Part shown: positions 19,658 to 30,313 of the stretch, one piece after another
Position numbering within the stretch: position 1 is the stretch's first letter
Layout of the letters: the number at the start of each line of letters is the position of its first letter
NCBI GenBank assembly: GCA_963702845.1
Contig: OY969763.1
Coordinates: 5,888,001 to 5,952,000, forward strand
Length of the DNA: 64,000 nucleotides
Source: an uncultured Verrucomicrobiae bacterium
GTDB taxonomy: Bacteria; Verrucomicrobiota; Verrucomicrobiia; Limisphaerales; Palsa-1400
Direction: 5' to 3'
Program-made: the position numbers and the translations under genes
The notes under the pieces: model-generated
What the model was told of the DNA's origin: nothing
The model's input: the letters and a program-made list of their open reading frames with translations, nothing else
Databases searched by the model: none

Positions 19658-21487
19658 ATGTACTTTACGCGGTTTTTAACGGTAGTGAGCCTGGGAGTGG
19701 CTCTTTTTCTGACTGGCGAACCAGTTTTTGGACAGACGATCGTTTCCGTCGATGCCGGAGCGAACCGTCACGCGATTTCCGATCTCATTTACGGCGTTAA
19801 CTTTGCCAGCTCGAATCAGTTGCTCGATCTGAACTCACCATTAAACCGGTCGGGGGGCAATGCGGAGACGCGTTATAACTGGAACGTCAATGCTCACAAT
19901 CGCGGCGCCGATTGGTATTTCGAGAGTATCGCCGATAATTCAGCGATTCCGGGCGCAGAGACGGACTTGCACGTGGCCAGCTCGAAAGCAGGTGGTGCTG
20001 ATTCGATGATCACCATTCCAACCATGGGTTGGGTGGCGAAGGATCGCACGTTTCGTTGGAGTTATTCCATTGCCAAATACGGCGCGCAAAGCGACTCCGA
20101 TCCTTTCCAACCCGATGCCGGCAGCGGCTCGTTGAACGGCGTCAAGATCACGAACAATGACCCGACTGACGCGAACGTCCTGCTCGATTCAACCAACCAG
20201 CAGAATTGGGTCAAACACATGACGAATCAGTGGAGATTGGCCAATGGTGGCGGCGTTCGATATTATTTGATGGATAATGAGCCGAGTCTGTGGAGCAGCA
20301 CGCATTTCGATGTGCATCATGACGCCACGTCCTTGCGCGAAGTTCGCGACAAAGTCTTCGATTACGGAAGCAAGGTGAAAGCCGTTGATCCCGGCGCGTT
20401 GATTTGCGCGCCGGAAGAATGGGGATGGCTGGGATATTTCTACAGCGGCATGGACCAGCAATTTGTCCCGGCTGGTCCGTTTCCCGACCGCAGCGCCAAT
20501 GGCAACATGGATTATATCCCATGGTTTCTCGATCAGGCCCGCCAATACGAAACTAACAGCAGCAAGCGGTTGCTGGATGTGCTGACGGTGCATTATTACC
20601 CGCAAGGCGACACCAATTTCGTCGAGGAGTTTAGTACCAATACATCGACGGAAGCGCAACTGCTTCGCAATAATTCCACCCGATCGTTGTGGGATACCAA
20701 CTATACCGATGCGAGTTGGATCGGAAACGTCGTGAAACTGGTGCCGCGGTTCAAGGCATGGATTGCAGCGTATTATCCCGGCACAAAATTCGGGATAACG
20801 GAATATAGCTGGGGCGCGGACGATCATATCAACGGTGCCACCGCGCAAGCCGATGTGCTTGGAATTCTTGGACGTGAAGGAGTGTATCTCGCCACCCGTT
20901 GGACCGCACCGGCCTCGAACACGCCGGTCGCGAACGCGTTTAAAATGTATCGCAATTACGATGGCTCCAAATCGAAGTTCGGCGATGTGAGCGTCTCGGC
21001 ATCGGTCCCAAATCCGGACAATGTGGCCGCGTTCGCTGGGTTGCGGACGAAAGATGGAGCGTTAACTGTAATGCTGATCAACAAGCAACTGACGAGCAGC
21101 GCGAACGTGCAGTTGTCGCTCACGAATTTTTACCACAACGGCACGGCGCAATGCTGGCAGTTGACGTCAAACAACGTCATCGCGGCGTTGGGGACGAATA
21201 CTTTTACCGGAAATGGTGTGAGCGCGACGTTGCCAGCCCAGAGTATCACCTTGTTGGTGTTGCCAGCCGGTGCGCCACCGAAATTGTCGGCAACGTTACA
21301 AAGTCCGACAATGATCGCTCTGACACTCACCGGATATCCCAACCAACGCTACGTAATTGACAGTTCCATCAACGCGACGACCTGGACTGGATTGGTGACT
21401 AATCTTTTTTCCACGAACGCACTGAACTTAACTGTGAATGTTACGAATTCAGCACGGTTTTATCGGGCTTATTGGACGACACAATAA
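19658..21487 (+). CDS. Secreted glycoside hydrolase family 44 (endoglucanase/xyloglucanase-like)
   Basis: ISDLIYGVN, NRSGGNAETRYNW, MDNEPSLW (acid/base), LDVLTVHYYPQ and ITEYSWG (nucleophile). Confidence 0.9.
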   Translation: MYFTRFLTVVSLGVALFLTGEPVFGQTIVSVDAGANRHAISDLIYGVNFASSNQLLDLNSPLNRSGGNAETRYNWNVNAHNRGADWYFESIADNSAIPGAETDLHVASSKAGGADSMITIPTMGWVAKDRTFRWSYSIAKYGAQSDSDPFQPDAGSGSLNGVKITNNDPTDANVLLDSTNQQNWVKHMTNQWRLANGGGVRYYLMDNEPSLWSSTHFDVHHDATSLREVRDKVFDYGSKVKAVDPGALICAPEEWGWLGYFYSGMDQQFVPAGPFPDRSANGNMDYIPWFLDQARQYETNSSKRLLDVLTVHYYPQGDTNFVEEFSTNTSTEAQLLRNNSTRSLWDTNYTDASWIGNVVKLVPRFKAWIAAYYPGTKFGITEYSWGADDHINGATAQADVLGILGREGVYLATRWTAPASNTPVANAFKMYRNYDGSKSKFGDVSVSASVPNPDNVAAFAGLRTKDGALTVMLINKQLTSSANVQLSLTNFYHNGTAQCWQLTSNNVIAALGTNTFTGNGVSATLPAQSITLLVLPAGAPPKLSATLQSPTMIALTLTGYPNQRYVIDSSINATTWTGLVTNLFSTNALNLTVNVTNSARFYRAYWTTQ

Positions 21488-21493
21488 TTGGAG

Positions 21494-22849
21494 TTAAAGG
21501 GTCAACGTCTGCGGGTCGGCGTTTTGGTTGAAGTAATCCCAAAGCACTTCTGGCATCGGAATAATGATCAGCGCGAGGATCAAGAAGGCGAGCGCTCCAA
21601 GCCACATTCGGCCCGAGTTGATGCGCGTGACGTCATTCATCGGTGGCGACACGCGACGCGCGATGAAGAACACGATCACTGCCCAAAATAGATACTGAGG
21701 CTCAATCAAAGCCAAAATGAACAGGCCGAACATCGCGAGTTGGCTGACCCAGCCGCCGGCGCGCGTCCCGAACATCCCCCGCGCAATGTGGCCACCATCG
21801 AGTTGGCCAATGGGAAGAAGATTCAGCGCAGTTACCAGCAATCCCAGCCAACCGGCGAATGCCAATGGAGTTAGTTGCAGCAGATGGCCCTGGGCCAATT
21901 GATCGCCGAGGACCAACTTGGCGATGGTAATAAACAAAATCGATGAACTGACCAGTCCGCCGAGGACCTGCTCACCATCCGGTGCGCTCGGTAGAACTGT
22001 TGAATGTTTCAGCCCAATGATCAGCGCCGGAATCGCGAGAACCAAACCGGCAAACGGGCCGGCCACCGCAACATCAAATAACGAACGTCGATTTTCGGGG
22101 GCAGATTGCATCTTGATGAAGGCACCGAAAGTTCCCAGAGCAAATGGCACCGGGATAAAAAACGGTGGCGTGACATTGATGCGATAGTGTCGCGCGGTGA
22201 AGTAATGGCCGAGTTCGTGAAATCCGAGAATTGCCAGGAGCGCGATCGAGTAAGGGAGACCAATCGCGAGCGACGCCGGGTCGCGAAAAATATCCGCGCC
22301 TTCTTGAATAGCACCGGCAGCGGTGGTGGTTAGCAGTGTCAGCGCGAACAACGACCAGTGTAGCCACATTCGCGCCGGGCGTTCCTGTGCAACCGGTTGT
22401 GCGATTTCTGGAGCGAGGAAAATCGCACTGCCATAAACCCGGTCTTGCTGAAGCAGGGGTGTGGCGCGCCCAGCATAATCCTGTTTTAATTTTTCGAATG
22501 CCGCCTCAGAATTTTCGCGTAAATGCCCTCGGAAAATCTGCAATTCGTCATCGGCAACGGCTTCCTTCACGTCGAGGATTTCGTGAACTGTTGGAGGAAT
22601 TTCTTCCGGCATCAACGCTCGCGGCAGCATCGGCGGCACTGCACGGGTTGCGACGCTCCGGCGTCTGGTCGCAAACCAGAGCAGGATAAGATTCGCAACG
22701 AGGATAAGTGTGATGACCACCATCAACTCATTGGACGTGCGAAATTGCGGTAGCGTTAGAAGAAGCAGCACCGGCAGCAACAGAATGAATGCCACCAGAA
22801 TTTGCCACCACACATTGTGGTGACGGACTGCGGGTTGTTCGCCGTTCAT
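21494..22849 (-). CDS. Site-2 protease (peptidase M50) with an N-terminal extension
   Basis: HELGH, GTFGAFI, AGPFAG and NLLPIGQLDGGH. Confidence 0.92.
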   Translation of the reverse strand: MNGEQPAVRHHNVWWQILVAFILLLPVLLLLTLPQFRTSNELMVVITLILVANLILLWFATRRRSVATRAVPPMLPRALMPEEIPPTVHEILDVKEAVADDELQIFRGHLRENSEAAFEKLKQDYAGRATPLLQQDRVYGSAIFLAPEIAQPVAQERPARMWLHWSLFALTLLTTTAAGAIQEGADIFRDPASLAIGLPYSIALLAILGFHELGHYFTARHYRINVTPPFFIPVPFALGTFGAFIKMQSAPENRRSLFDVAVAGPFAGLVLAIPALIIGLKHSTVLPSAPDGEQVLGGLVSSSILFITIAKLVLGDQLAQGHLLQLTPLAFAGWLGLLVTALNLLPIGQLDGGHIARGMFGTRAGGWVSQLAMFGLFILALIEPQYLFWAVIVFFIARRVSPPMNDVTRINSGRMWLGALAFLILALIIIPMPEVLWDYFNQNADPQTLTL

Positions 22850-23318
22850 ATTAACCGTTTACGATTGGTGCTTCTTGACGGGCTTTTAGTCGCAGGCATT
22901 TGTCACCGAAACCCTTATGTTTACGTTCACTTTCCTGCCGGTCTTCCAACGCGTGCAGTATAACGTGAGGTTTTGTGGACGTTGAGGGGTCGTAAATTGA
23001 AGCGAAAACGCGTCGAGTTTACCTTCCAAGGCCTTCTGCCGCTGGCAAATGTGCGGGACGTGTTTCATTCGATCTCCTTGCATCAAAGGTAGCCCACTCC
23101 GCCGAACTGGGGCAATGAGGCGGTTGCCCAAACCGTGGTGGTGAAACCCTGATTCATCCACGTCAGGGCCAAGACTTCACGGGACGGGGTGATCGGATGA
23201 AGCGCCGTGAGACATTTTTCTGAACCGGGCCTGCGTTTTTCATGTAGGCTATCCGGTACTAAAATGTGGGAAAAAAACTGACTGACTGTTTTCGCTGTTA
23301 CCGCAATAATGTCGAATC

Positions 23319-26130
23319 GTGAAACTGACTCCTGCTTTCTGGCTGATTGCGCTTACGCTTTCGCTCGCGTTGTTGAGCGGAGCGGAACCCGCAACCAACC
23401 ATTGGGCATTTCGCGCTCCAGTCCGTCCTGCCGTTCCTGAAGTGAAGAGTCGCTGGATTCGTAATCCGATCGACAGTTTTGTCTTTTCGCGATTGCAAAA
23501 GGAGAAGCTGAAGCCCTCGCCGGAAGCGGACAAGAACACACTGTTGCGGCGGCTCAGTTTGGATGTGATTGGGTTGCCGCCTACGATTGAAGAAGTCGAT
23601 TCGTTCGTCAGCGACAAAAACAAAGACGCTTACGAGAAGCAGGTCGACCGGTTGCTGGCGTCGCCGCACTATGGAGAGCGTTGGGGTAGGCATTGGTTGG
23701 ACGCGGCGCGTTATGCGGATTCGGACGGTTACGAAAAAGACAAGCGCCGGTCGGTCTGGTTTTATCGCGATTACGTCATCAACGCATTCAATCGCGACCT
23801 GCCTTACAACCAATTCGTCATCGAACAACTTGCGGGTGATCAATTGCCCAACGCGACGCAGGAACAAATTGTCGCCACCGGTTTTTTGCGCAACTCGATG
23901 ATCAACGAAGAAGGCGGCGTGGATCCTGAGCAGTTTCGCATGGAAGCGATGTACGACCGAATGGATTGCATCGGCAAAAGCGTCCTCGGCCTGACGATCC
24001 AATGCGCGCAATGTCACAACCACAAATTTGATCCGCTCAAGCAAGAGGAGTATTACCGCCTGTTCGCATTCATCAACAACGACTACGACGCGCAACGGGT
24101 CGTCTATAAACCGGAGGAGTTGATGAAAGTGGAAAATCTGCGTGCGGAGATGGCCAAAATTGAAGACGAACTGAAGGCGAAAACACCCGATTGGCAAGAG
24201 CGCATGGCAAGTGGGAAGAGAGGTGTCGACGAATCAACTGCATTGGACGGTTCTGACGCCGCGGATCGAAGACATCAGCACGGGTGGCCAAAAATATATC
24301 CTGCAAAGCCGACGGCTCGATGTTCGCGCAAGGTTACGCGCCGACGAAACACACGGCGATTTTCTGGTCGACGAATAGCAGCATCAGAAGATGTGACCGC
24401 TTTTCAGATCGAATTGTTCAACGACGGTAATCTGCCGTGCAACGGGCCGGGCCGTTCGTTCAAAGGAACCTGCGCATTGACGGAATTTCGCGCGGAGGTT
24501 TCATCGGTTGTCGCGCGGACAAATATTGCAAAAGTGAAATTTGTTACGGCCACGTCCGACTACGAACAAGCCGAGCATGAACTCGAACCAAACTTTTACG
24601 ACAAGAGCGATAAGCATCGCGTCACTGGGCCGGCGAAATATGCGATCGATGGCAACGGCGACACGGCTTGGGGAATTGATGCTGGCGCCGGCCGTCGCAA
24701 TCAACCGCGCAAGGCTGTTTTCCAATGTGAGAAACCGATGGGTTTTGCCGGCGGAACCATTTTTCAATGTTCCTCGAACAAAATCATGGCGGTTGGAACA
24801 GCGACGAGCTGATGAACAATAATTTAGGTCGTTTCAGGATTTCGGTGACGACCAACGCCGCGCCCGATTGTTGCGGATCCTGTTCCAAAAGGTGTTCGTG
24901 ACATTTTCAAAATTCCCCGTGAAAAACGGTCGCCGCGACAAGTCGCGACCATCTTCAAGTATTGGCGCACGACCGTTGCCGAATGGAAGGCCGCGCATGA
25001 GAAGATTGAAACGCTCTGGAAGGAATGGCCGGACGGCGACACGACTTACACGCTGATGGCGCGAGCGCAACCGCGCGAAACGCACATGCTCACTCGCGGC
25101 GATTTCTTGAAGCCGCAGAAGCAAGTTACGCCGGGCGTTCCGGAATTCCTGCATCCAATCAAACCAAACGCTTCGACGCGTTTGGATTTCGCCAACTGGC
25201 TCGTCGATCGCCGTTCACCAACAACCGCTCGTGTCATTGTGAATCGGATCTGGCAATCGTATTTCGGAACTGGTCTTGTCACGACACCCGAGGATTTCGG
25301 CACACGCGCAGAACTGCCATCGCACCCGGAACTGCTTGATTGGCTCGCTTGCGAGCTGATGGACAAAGGGTGGAGTTTGAAACACATCCATCGACTGATC
25401 GTGAACTCTTCAACTTATCGCCAGTCGTCTCGTGTCTCGCGCGAGTTGCAGGAACGCGATCCGAACAATCGATTGCTCGCGCGTGGTCCGCGTTTCCGTG
25501 TTGACGGTGAAATTGTCCGCGACATCGCACTCGCCACGAGCGGACTGCTGACTACAAATATTGGTGGGCCGAGCGTTTACACGCCTGCACCTGCTTTCCT
25601 GTTCCAACCACCAGCGAGTTACGCGCCTTTTGAATGGCCGGAAGCGACCGGAGCGGACAGATATCGTCGCGCCATCTACACGTTTCGCCGTCGGTCGACT
25701 CCATTCCCGGCGTTGCAAGCGTTCGACACGCCGAACGGCGATTACTCATGCGTGCGGCGAATGCGGTCGAACACACCGTTGCAAGCCCTGACAACATTGA
25801 ACGAACCGATGTTTATGGAATGCGCGCAGGCGCTCGCGTTGCACACGTTGAGTGAAGGCGGAAAATCGGATGATGCAAGAGTGACCTACGCATTCCGTCG
25901 CGCCCTGGGTCGTTTGCCTGCACCGGATGAAAAAGCCGAATTGCTCGGTCTTCTCAAACGTCAGCAACAACGAATCGCGGAAGGCTGGGTGAATGCTTCC
26001 GAACTTGCCACCGGCAAAGAATGAAAAGCCGGACAAGCTTCCCACTGGAACGACCCCGACTCAATTCGCCGCATATACAGTTGTTTCACGCGCGCTGTTG
26101 AACCTGGACGAAACAATCACGAAGGAGTAG
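23319..26130 (+). CDS. DUF1549 (PSCyt2)/DUF1553 (PSD1) planctomycete-type cytochrome-domain protein; multiple frameshifts
   Basis: HWAF...NPIDSF, SPHYGERWGRHWLDAARYADSDG, CAQCHNHKFDP, TARVIVNRIWQ, PSHPELLDWLA and TPLQALTTLN. The C-terminus LLNLDETITKE* ends at 26130 in a further frame. Confidence 0.85.
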
Positions 26131-26133
26131 CCG

Positions 26134-27572
26134 ATGACCAAGCCAGAACATTTTTTCAACGAGCGCGTAAAGCGATCACGCGCCGTTGGTTTTTTAAACA
26201 ATGCGGCGTTGGCCTTGGCACGATGGCGCTCGGGTCGTTGCTTGAGCCAGACGTTGCTTGGCGCGAGCAAAGCCGACACTGGCGAATCCGCTCGCGCCGA
26301 AAGCGCCGCATTTCGCGCCGAAAGCCAAACGCGTCATCTATCTGTTCATGGCGGGCGCGCCGAGTCATCTCGATTTGTTCGATTACAAACCGCAGCTTGC
26401 GAAATTCAGCGGCACGTTGCCTCCTGCTGAGTTGTTGAAAGGCTATCGCGCGGCGTTCATCAATCCCCAATCGAAGTTGCTGGGGCCCAAGTTTAAATTC
26501 GCGAAGTACGGCAAGAGCGGCGCGGAACTGTCTGAACTGTTGCCGAATCTGGCGCAGGTGGTCGATGACATTGCGATCGTGAAGTCAATGAAAACGGACG
26601 CGTTCAATCACGCGCCTGCACAGATTTTCTTGAACACGGGGTCGCAACAGTTTGGTCGTCCAAGCATTGGCGCCTGGACGACTTACGGTCTCGGCAGCGA
26701 AACCAGTGACTTGCCGGCGTTTGTTGTTTTCAGTTCTGGCCCGAAAGGCACGAGTGGCGGCTCATCGAATTGGGGTTCTGGATTTTTACCGTCAGTTTAT
26801 CAAGGCGTGTTGTTCCGCAGCCAGGGCGATCCGATTTTATATTTGTCGAATCCGAAAGGTGTCGATGCCGAGATGCAGCGCGACACCCTGGACACCGTTC
26901 GCAACCTGAACATCAAGCGATTCGATGTGACCGGTGATCCGGAAATCACCACGCGGATCAATTCCTTCGAGATGGCGTATCGGATGCAAACAAGCGCGCC
27001 GGAATTAATGGACATTTCCAAAGAATCGAAAGCGACTCTTGGAAATGTATGGCGCAGAACCCGGTAAGTCGTCGTTCGCCAACAACTGTTTGCTCGCGCG
27101 CCGGTTAGTTGAGCGCGGCGTTCGTTTCGTCCAACTCTACCACGAAGCCTGGGACCAACACGGCAACCTCGTCGCGGATTTAAAGAAAAATTGCCTCAAC
27201 ACGGATCGCGCCTGTGCTGCGCTAATTAAAGATCTTAAACAACGCGGCATGTTGGAAGATACGCTGGTGATTTGGGGCGGTGAATTCGGTCGCACGCCGA
27301 TGGTGCAGGGCGGCGACGATGGACGCGATCATCACCCGAACGCGTTTACGATGTGGATGGCAGGCGGCGGTGTGAAACCCGGCATTACTTTGGGCGAAAG
27401 CGATGAATTTGGTTTCAACGCCACGGTCGATCCCGTTCACGTCCACGACTTGAACGCGACGATCCTGCACCTGCTCGGTCTCGAACATACGAAGCTAACT
27501 TACCGTTTTCAGGGTCGTGATTTCCGCCTCACTGATGTGCATGGCGAACTGGTTCACAAACTCTTGGCGTAA
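26134..27572 (+). CDS. DUF1501 family (sulfatase-like) protein with a Tat-type signal; frameshifted
   Basis: ITRRWFF signal in a shifted frame, [47 protein letters not shown] and GRDHH. Frame changes near 26170, 26245 and 27040. Confidence 0.88.
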
Positions 27573-27598
27573 TCGAGTCAAGCGGTTACGATGCGGGG

Positions 27599-28300
27599 AT
27601 GAAGATCGCGCATTTGCTGTCCGTCTCGTTTTTGAGCTTTGCTGTTTTCGCCGCAGAGAGCCCCACTGAGCCGCAGCCAAAGGTCATCACGCCCGGTAAA
27701 GATAGTGCGCCGCCGTCGGATGCGATCGTGCTGTTCGATGGCAAAGACCTTTCGCATTGGAAAACTGAAACCGGTGGCGACGCAAAATGGAAAGTTAGTG
27801 ACGGTGTGCTCGAAGTGGCGCGCGGTACGGGAAATATTTTTAGTAAAGAAGAATTCGGCGATGTGCAGTTGCACGTCGAGTTCGCGGAACCATCGCCGGC
27901 GCATGGTGAAGGCCAGGACCGCGGCAATAGCGGCGTCTATTTGCAAGGCCGCTATGAAGTTCAGGTGCTTGATTGTTACAACAACAAAACCTATCCAAAT
28001 GGACAGACTGCGGCGATTTACGGCATCGCTGCGCCATTGGTCAACGCCTGCCGTGCTCCTGGCGAATGGCAGACCTACGACATCGTTTTCCATTCGCCGA
28101 AACAGACTGCCGACGGCAAAGTCGAATCGGGTTCGTTCACTGTCATGCACAACGGCGTGCTGGTTCAGGACCATACTGAAATCAAAGGCGAAGCAACCCG
28201 CGCGGCGAATTTTACCGGCGTCGCTGAGAAAGGTCCTCTAATCCTGCAGGACCATGGACATGCGGTGCATTATCGCAATATTTGGGTCCGCCGCCTATAA
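27599..28300 (+). CDS. DUF1080 (3-keto-disaccharide hydrolase family) protein
   Basis: PPSDAIVLFDGKDL, GNSGVYLQGRYEVQVLD and LQDHG...YRNIW. Confidence 0.9.
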   Translation: MKIAHLLSVSFLSFAVFAAESPTEPQPKVITPGKDSAPPSDAIVLFDGKDLSHWKTETGGDAKWKVSDGVLEVARGTGNIFSKEEFGDVQLHVEFAEPSPAHGEGQDRGNSGVYLQGRYEVQVLDCYNNKTYPNGQTAAIYGIAAPLVNACRAPGEWQTYDIVFHSPKQTADGKVESGSFTVMHNGVLVQDHTEIKGEATRAANFTGVAEKGPLILQDHGHAVHYRNIWVRRL

Positions 28301-28398
28301 TGCAATTGGTAGGACGCGTCGCTCTGCGCGCGCCGCCACATGCCCGGAGCCATGAGCTTTAATTTGCAATTCGCAATCCGCAACCTGCAATAGGCCTG

Positions 28399-29037
28399 AT
28401 GACCCTAATTGAATACACAGTCCTCGCCGTCAGTTCGCTCTTCGTGATCGTCGATCCGATCGCCGTCGTGCCCGCGTTCATCGCCATGACGCCGAACGAT
28501 ACGCCCAAAGCGAAACTGCGCATGGCCCGTATCGCCTGCTTCGTCGCTGGCGGCGTCCTGGTGGTGTTCGCCGCCGCGGGCAAATGGATATTCAAATTCA
28601 TGGGCATCACCCTGCCAGCGTTCCAACTCGCCGGCAGCATACTTCTCATCCGCATCGCTCTCGACATGCTTTACGGTCGTCGCTCCGAAGCGCGCGAATC
28701 CGACGAAGAAGTCGCCGCTGGCGCCGAAAAAGATGACATAGCCATTACTCCCTTGGGCGTCCCGATGCTCGTCGGCCCCGGTTCGATCTCAACCGCCCTC
28801 ATCCTGCTCAGCCAGGCGCATGGCGTTGAACAGGTCGTCGCATTATTCCTAAGTATCGCGTTCGTCTGCTTCGTCAGCTACTGGACTTTGTGGTTGGCCG
28901 TACGCGGTGCGCATTACATGAGTCCGCTCGCTCTGAAACTGACCACTCGCTTAATGGGATTGTTGCTGGCGGCCGTTGCTGCGCAATTCGTCATCAACGC
29001 AATTGAACAACTCGGCTGGATCAAACCGTCTTTGTAG
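28399..29037 (+). CDS. MarC family membrane protein
   Basis: LFVIVDPIAVVPAF, IAITPLGVPMLVGPGSI and RLMGLLLAAVA. Confidence 0.92.
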   Translation: MTLIEYTVLAVSSLFVIVDPIAVVPAFIAMTPNDTPKAKLRMARIACFVAGGVLVVFAAAGKWIFKFMGITLPAFQLAGSILLIRIALDMLYGRRSEARESDEEVAAGAEKDDIAITPLGVPMLVGPGSISTALILLSQAHGVEQVVALFLSIAFVCFVSYWTLWLAVRGAHYMSPLALKLTTRLMGLLLAAVAAQFVINAIEQLGWIKPSL

Positions 29038-29102
29038 AAGTCGCCGCAGTTTTCACCCGTGACTCCGCGTTGGGATGATGTATTTTTCCAGCGTAGCAAT
29101 TT

Positions 29103-29864
29103 GTGACCGCAAACGAAGCAAAACACCTTTTGGAAAAATTTCGCGACGGCAAAGCCACGCTCGCGAAAACGCTGCAAGCCTTTCAGGCCGCGCCGTTTAA
29201 GGACATTAATTTCGCCAAGGTCGACACGCACCGCGGATTGCGCCAGGGCTTTCCGGAAGTCGTTTTTGGCCTCGGTAAAACAACGCCGCATATTGTTCGT
29301 ATTTGCGAGCAACTGAATCGCAAAGAAAAACGATTTCTCGTCACCCGCGTTAGCGCCGAAACCGCACGCGCTGTGAAGAAGCGTGTTAAAGGCGTCGTCT
29401 ATCACGAAACCGCGCGCGCCATGGTTGTTGAAAAAGTCCCTGTGCCGAAACGTCCGGGTATCGTCGCCGTGCTTTGCGCCGGCACCAGCGACCTGCCCGT
29501 CGCGGAAGAAGCCGTGGTAACTGCTGAAGTGATGGGCAACCGCGTGCAACGCATTTACGATGTCGGCGTCGCCGGGTTGCACCGTTTGCTTGGTCAGATC
29601 GACGCCATCCAAAGCGCGAACGTTCTCATTGTCGTCGCCGGTATGGAAGGCGCACTGCCGAGCGTCGTTGCGGGCTTAGTCAGTCGACCCGTGATCGCAG
29701 TTCCAACGAGCGTCGGATATGGCGCAAACTTCGGTGGCATCACAGCATTGCTCTCCATGATCAACAGTTGCGGCAGCGGCGTCACCGTCGTCAACATAGA
29801 CAACGGTTTCGGCGCCGGCTACGCCGCCAGCCAGATTAACGCGTTGGCCGATGATATGCAGTGA
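29103..29864 (+). CDS. larB: Nickel-pincer cofactor biosynthesis protein LarB
   Basis: DTHRGLRQGFPEVVFG.GK, AGTSDLPVAEEA, DVGVAGLHRL, AGMEGALPSVV and VVNIDNGFGAG. Confidence 0.93.
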   Translation: MTANEAKHLLEKFRDGKATLAKTLQAFQAAPFKDINFAKVDTHRGLRQGFPEVVFGLGKTTPHIVRICEQLNRKEKRFLVTRVSAETARAVKKRVKGVVYHETARAMVVEKVPVPKRPGIVAVLCAGTSDLPVAEEAVVTAEVMGNRVQRIYDVGVAGLHRLLGQIDAIQSANVLIVVAGMEGALPSVVAGLVSRPVIAVPTSVGYGANFGGITALLSMINSCGSGVTVVNIDNGFGAGYAASQINALADDMQ

Positions 29865-29895
29865 CGCCTTCCCCGAAACTTGTTATTCAACTGAA

Positions 29896-30309
29896 ATGAT
29901 ACGCACGGGAAACATGATAATGGCGTCCCTTGCTTTTTTGATTGGTGTTGGGTCTGCATCAGGTTGCCACTCGGCTGTTTCATCTACAGCGGCTAGACCC
30001 GCGCACTTGCCAACGAATCTTCGAGAAATCATTTTTGATGCGATTGTGATTGTTTGGTTTTTCGGTGCCGTAGCGTTGACTTCGGGCAAATGTATCGGTC
30101 GTATTCCAAGTCTGCTCGGCTGCGGCAGTGCAGCGTGCGGTTTTGCAGCTGCAGTGGTTATTGCAATCGGCCTCTGCTTCTCATCGGATATCCGCGACGT
30201 ATCCGTCGGAATCTTTGTCGCAGTCCTGTTCGCCGTTTTGTGTGCTATTTGTGTAGCTCTGTTTGTTGGAATCCTGAAAATGCGTTCAGAAAAAGTCCAA
30301 AGTTCCTGA
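29896..30309 (+). CDS. Hypothetical membrane protein between larB and larC
   Basis: ORF with about four hydrophobic segments that fills the larB-larC gap on the same strand. Start uncertain (29851 or 29896). Confidence 0.5.
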   Translation: MIRTGNMIMASLAFLIGVGSASGCHSAVSSTAARPAHLPTNLREIIFDAIVIVWFFGAVALTSGKCIGRIPSLLGCGSAACGFAAAVVIAIGLCFSSDIRDVSVGIFVAVLFAVLCAICVALFVGILKMRSEKVQSS

Positions 30310-30313
30310 ACCG

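Noticed and set aside
22886..23161. 91-aa minus-strand ORF in the intergenic gap
   Set aside because: No recognisable motif or RBS, and it overlaps the hairpin-rich segment; probably spurious.
23080..23180. Firm call of a yybP-ykoY (Mn) riboswitch or 6S RNA
   Set aside because: Only the termini resemble yybP-ykoY, the core and gene context do not fit, and I see no long 6S-like rod. Kept only as an unassigned structured region.
26990..27080. Programmed frameshifting in DUF1501 (and in the aminotransferase near 46751)
   Set aside because: No canonical slippery heptamer or stimulatory structure is evident, these families are not known to recode, and indels are frequent nearby, so error is more likely.
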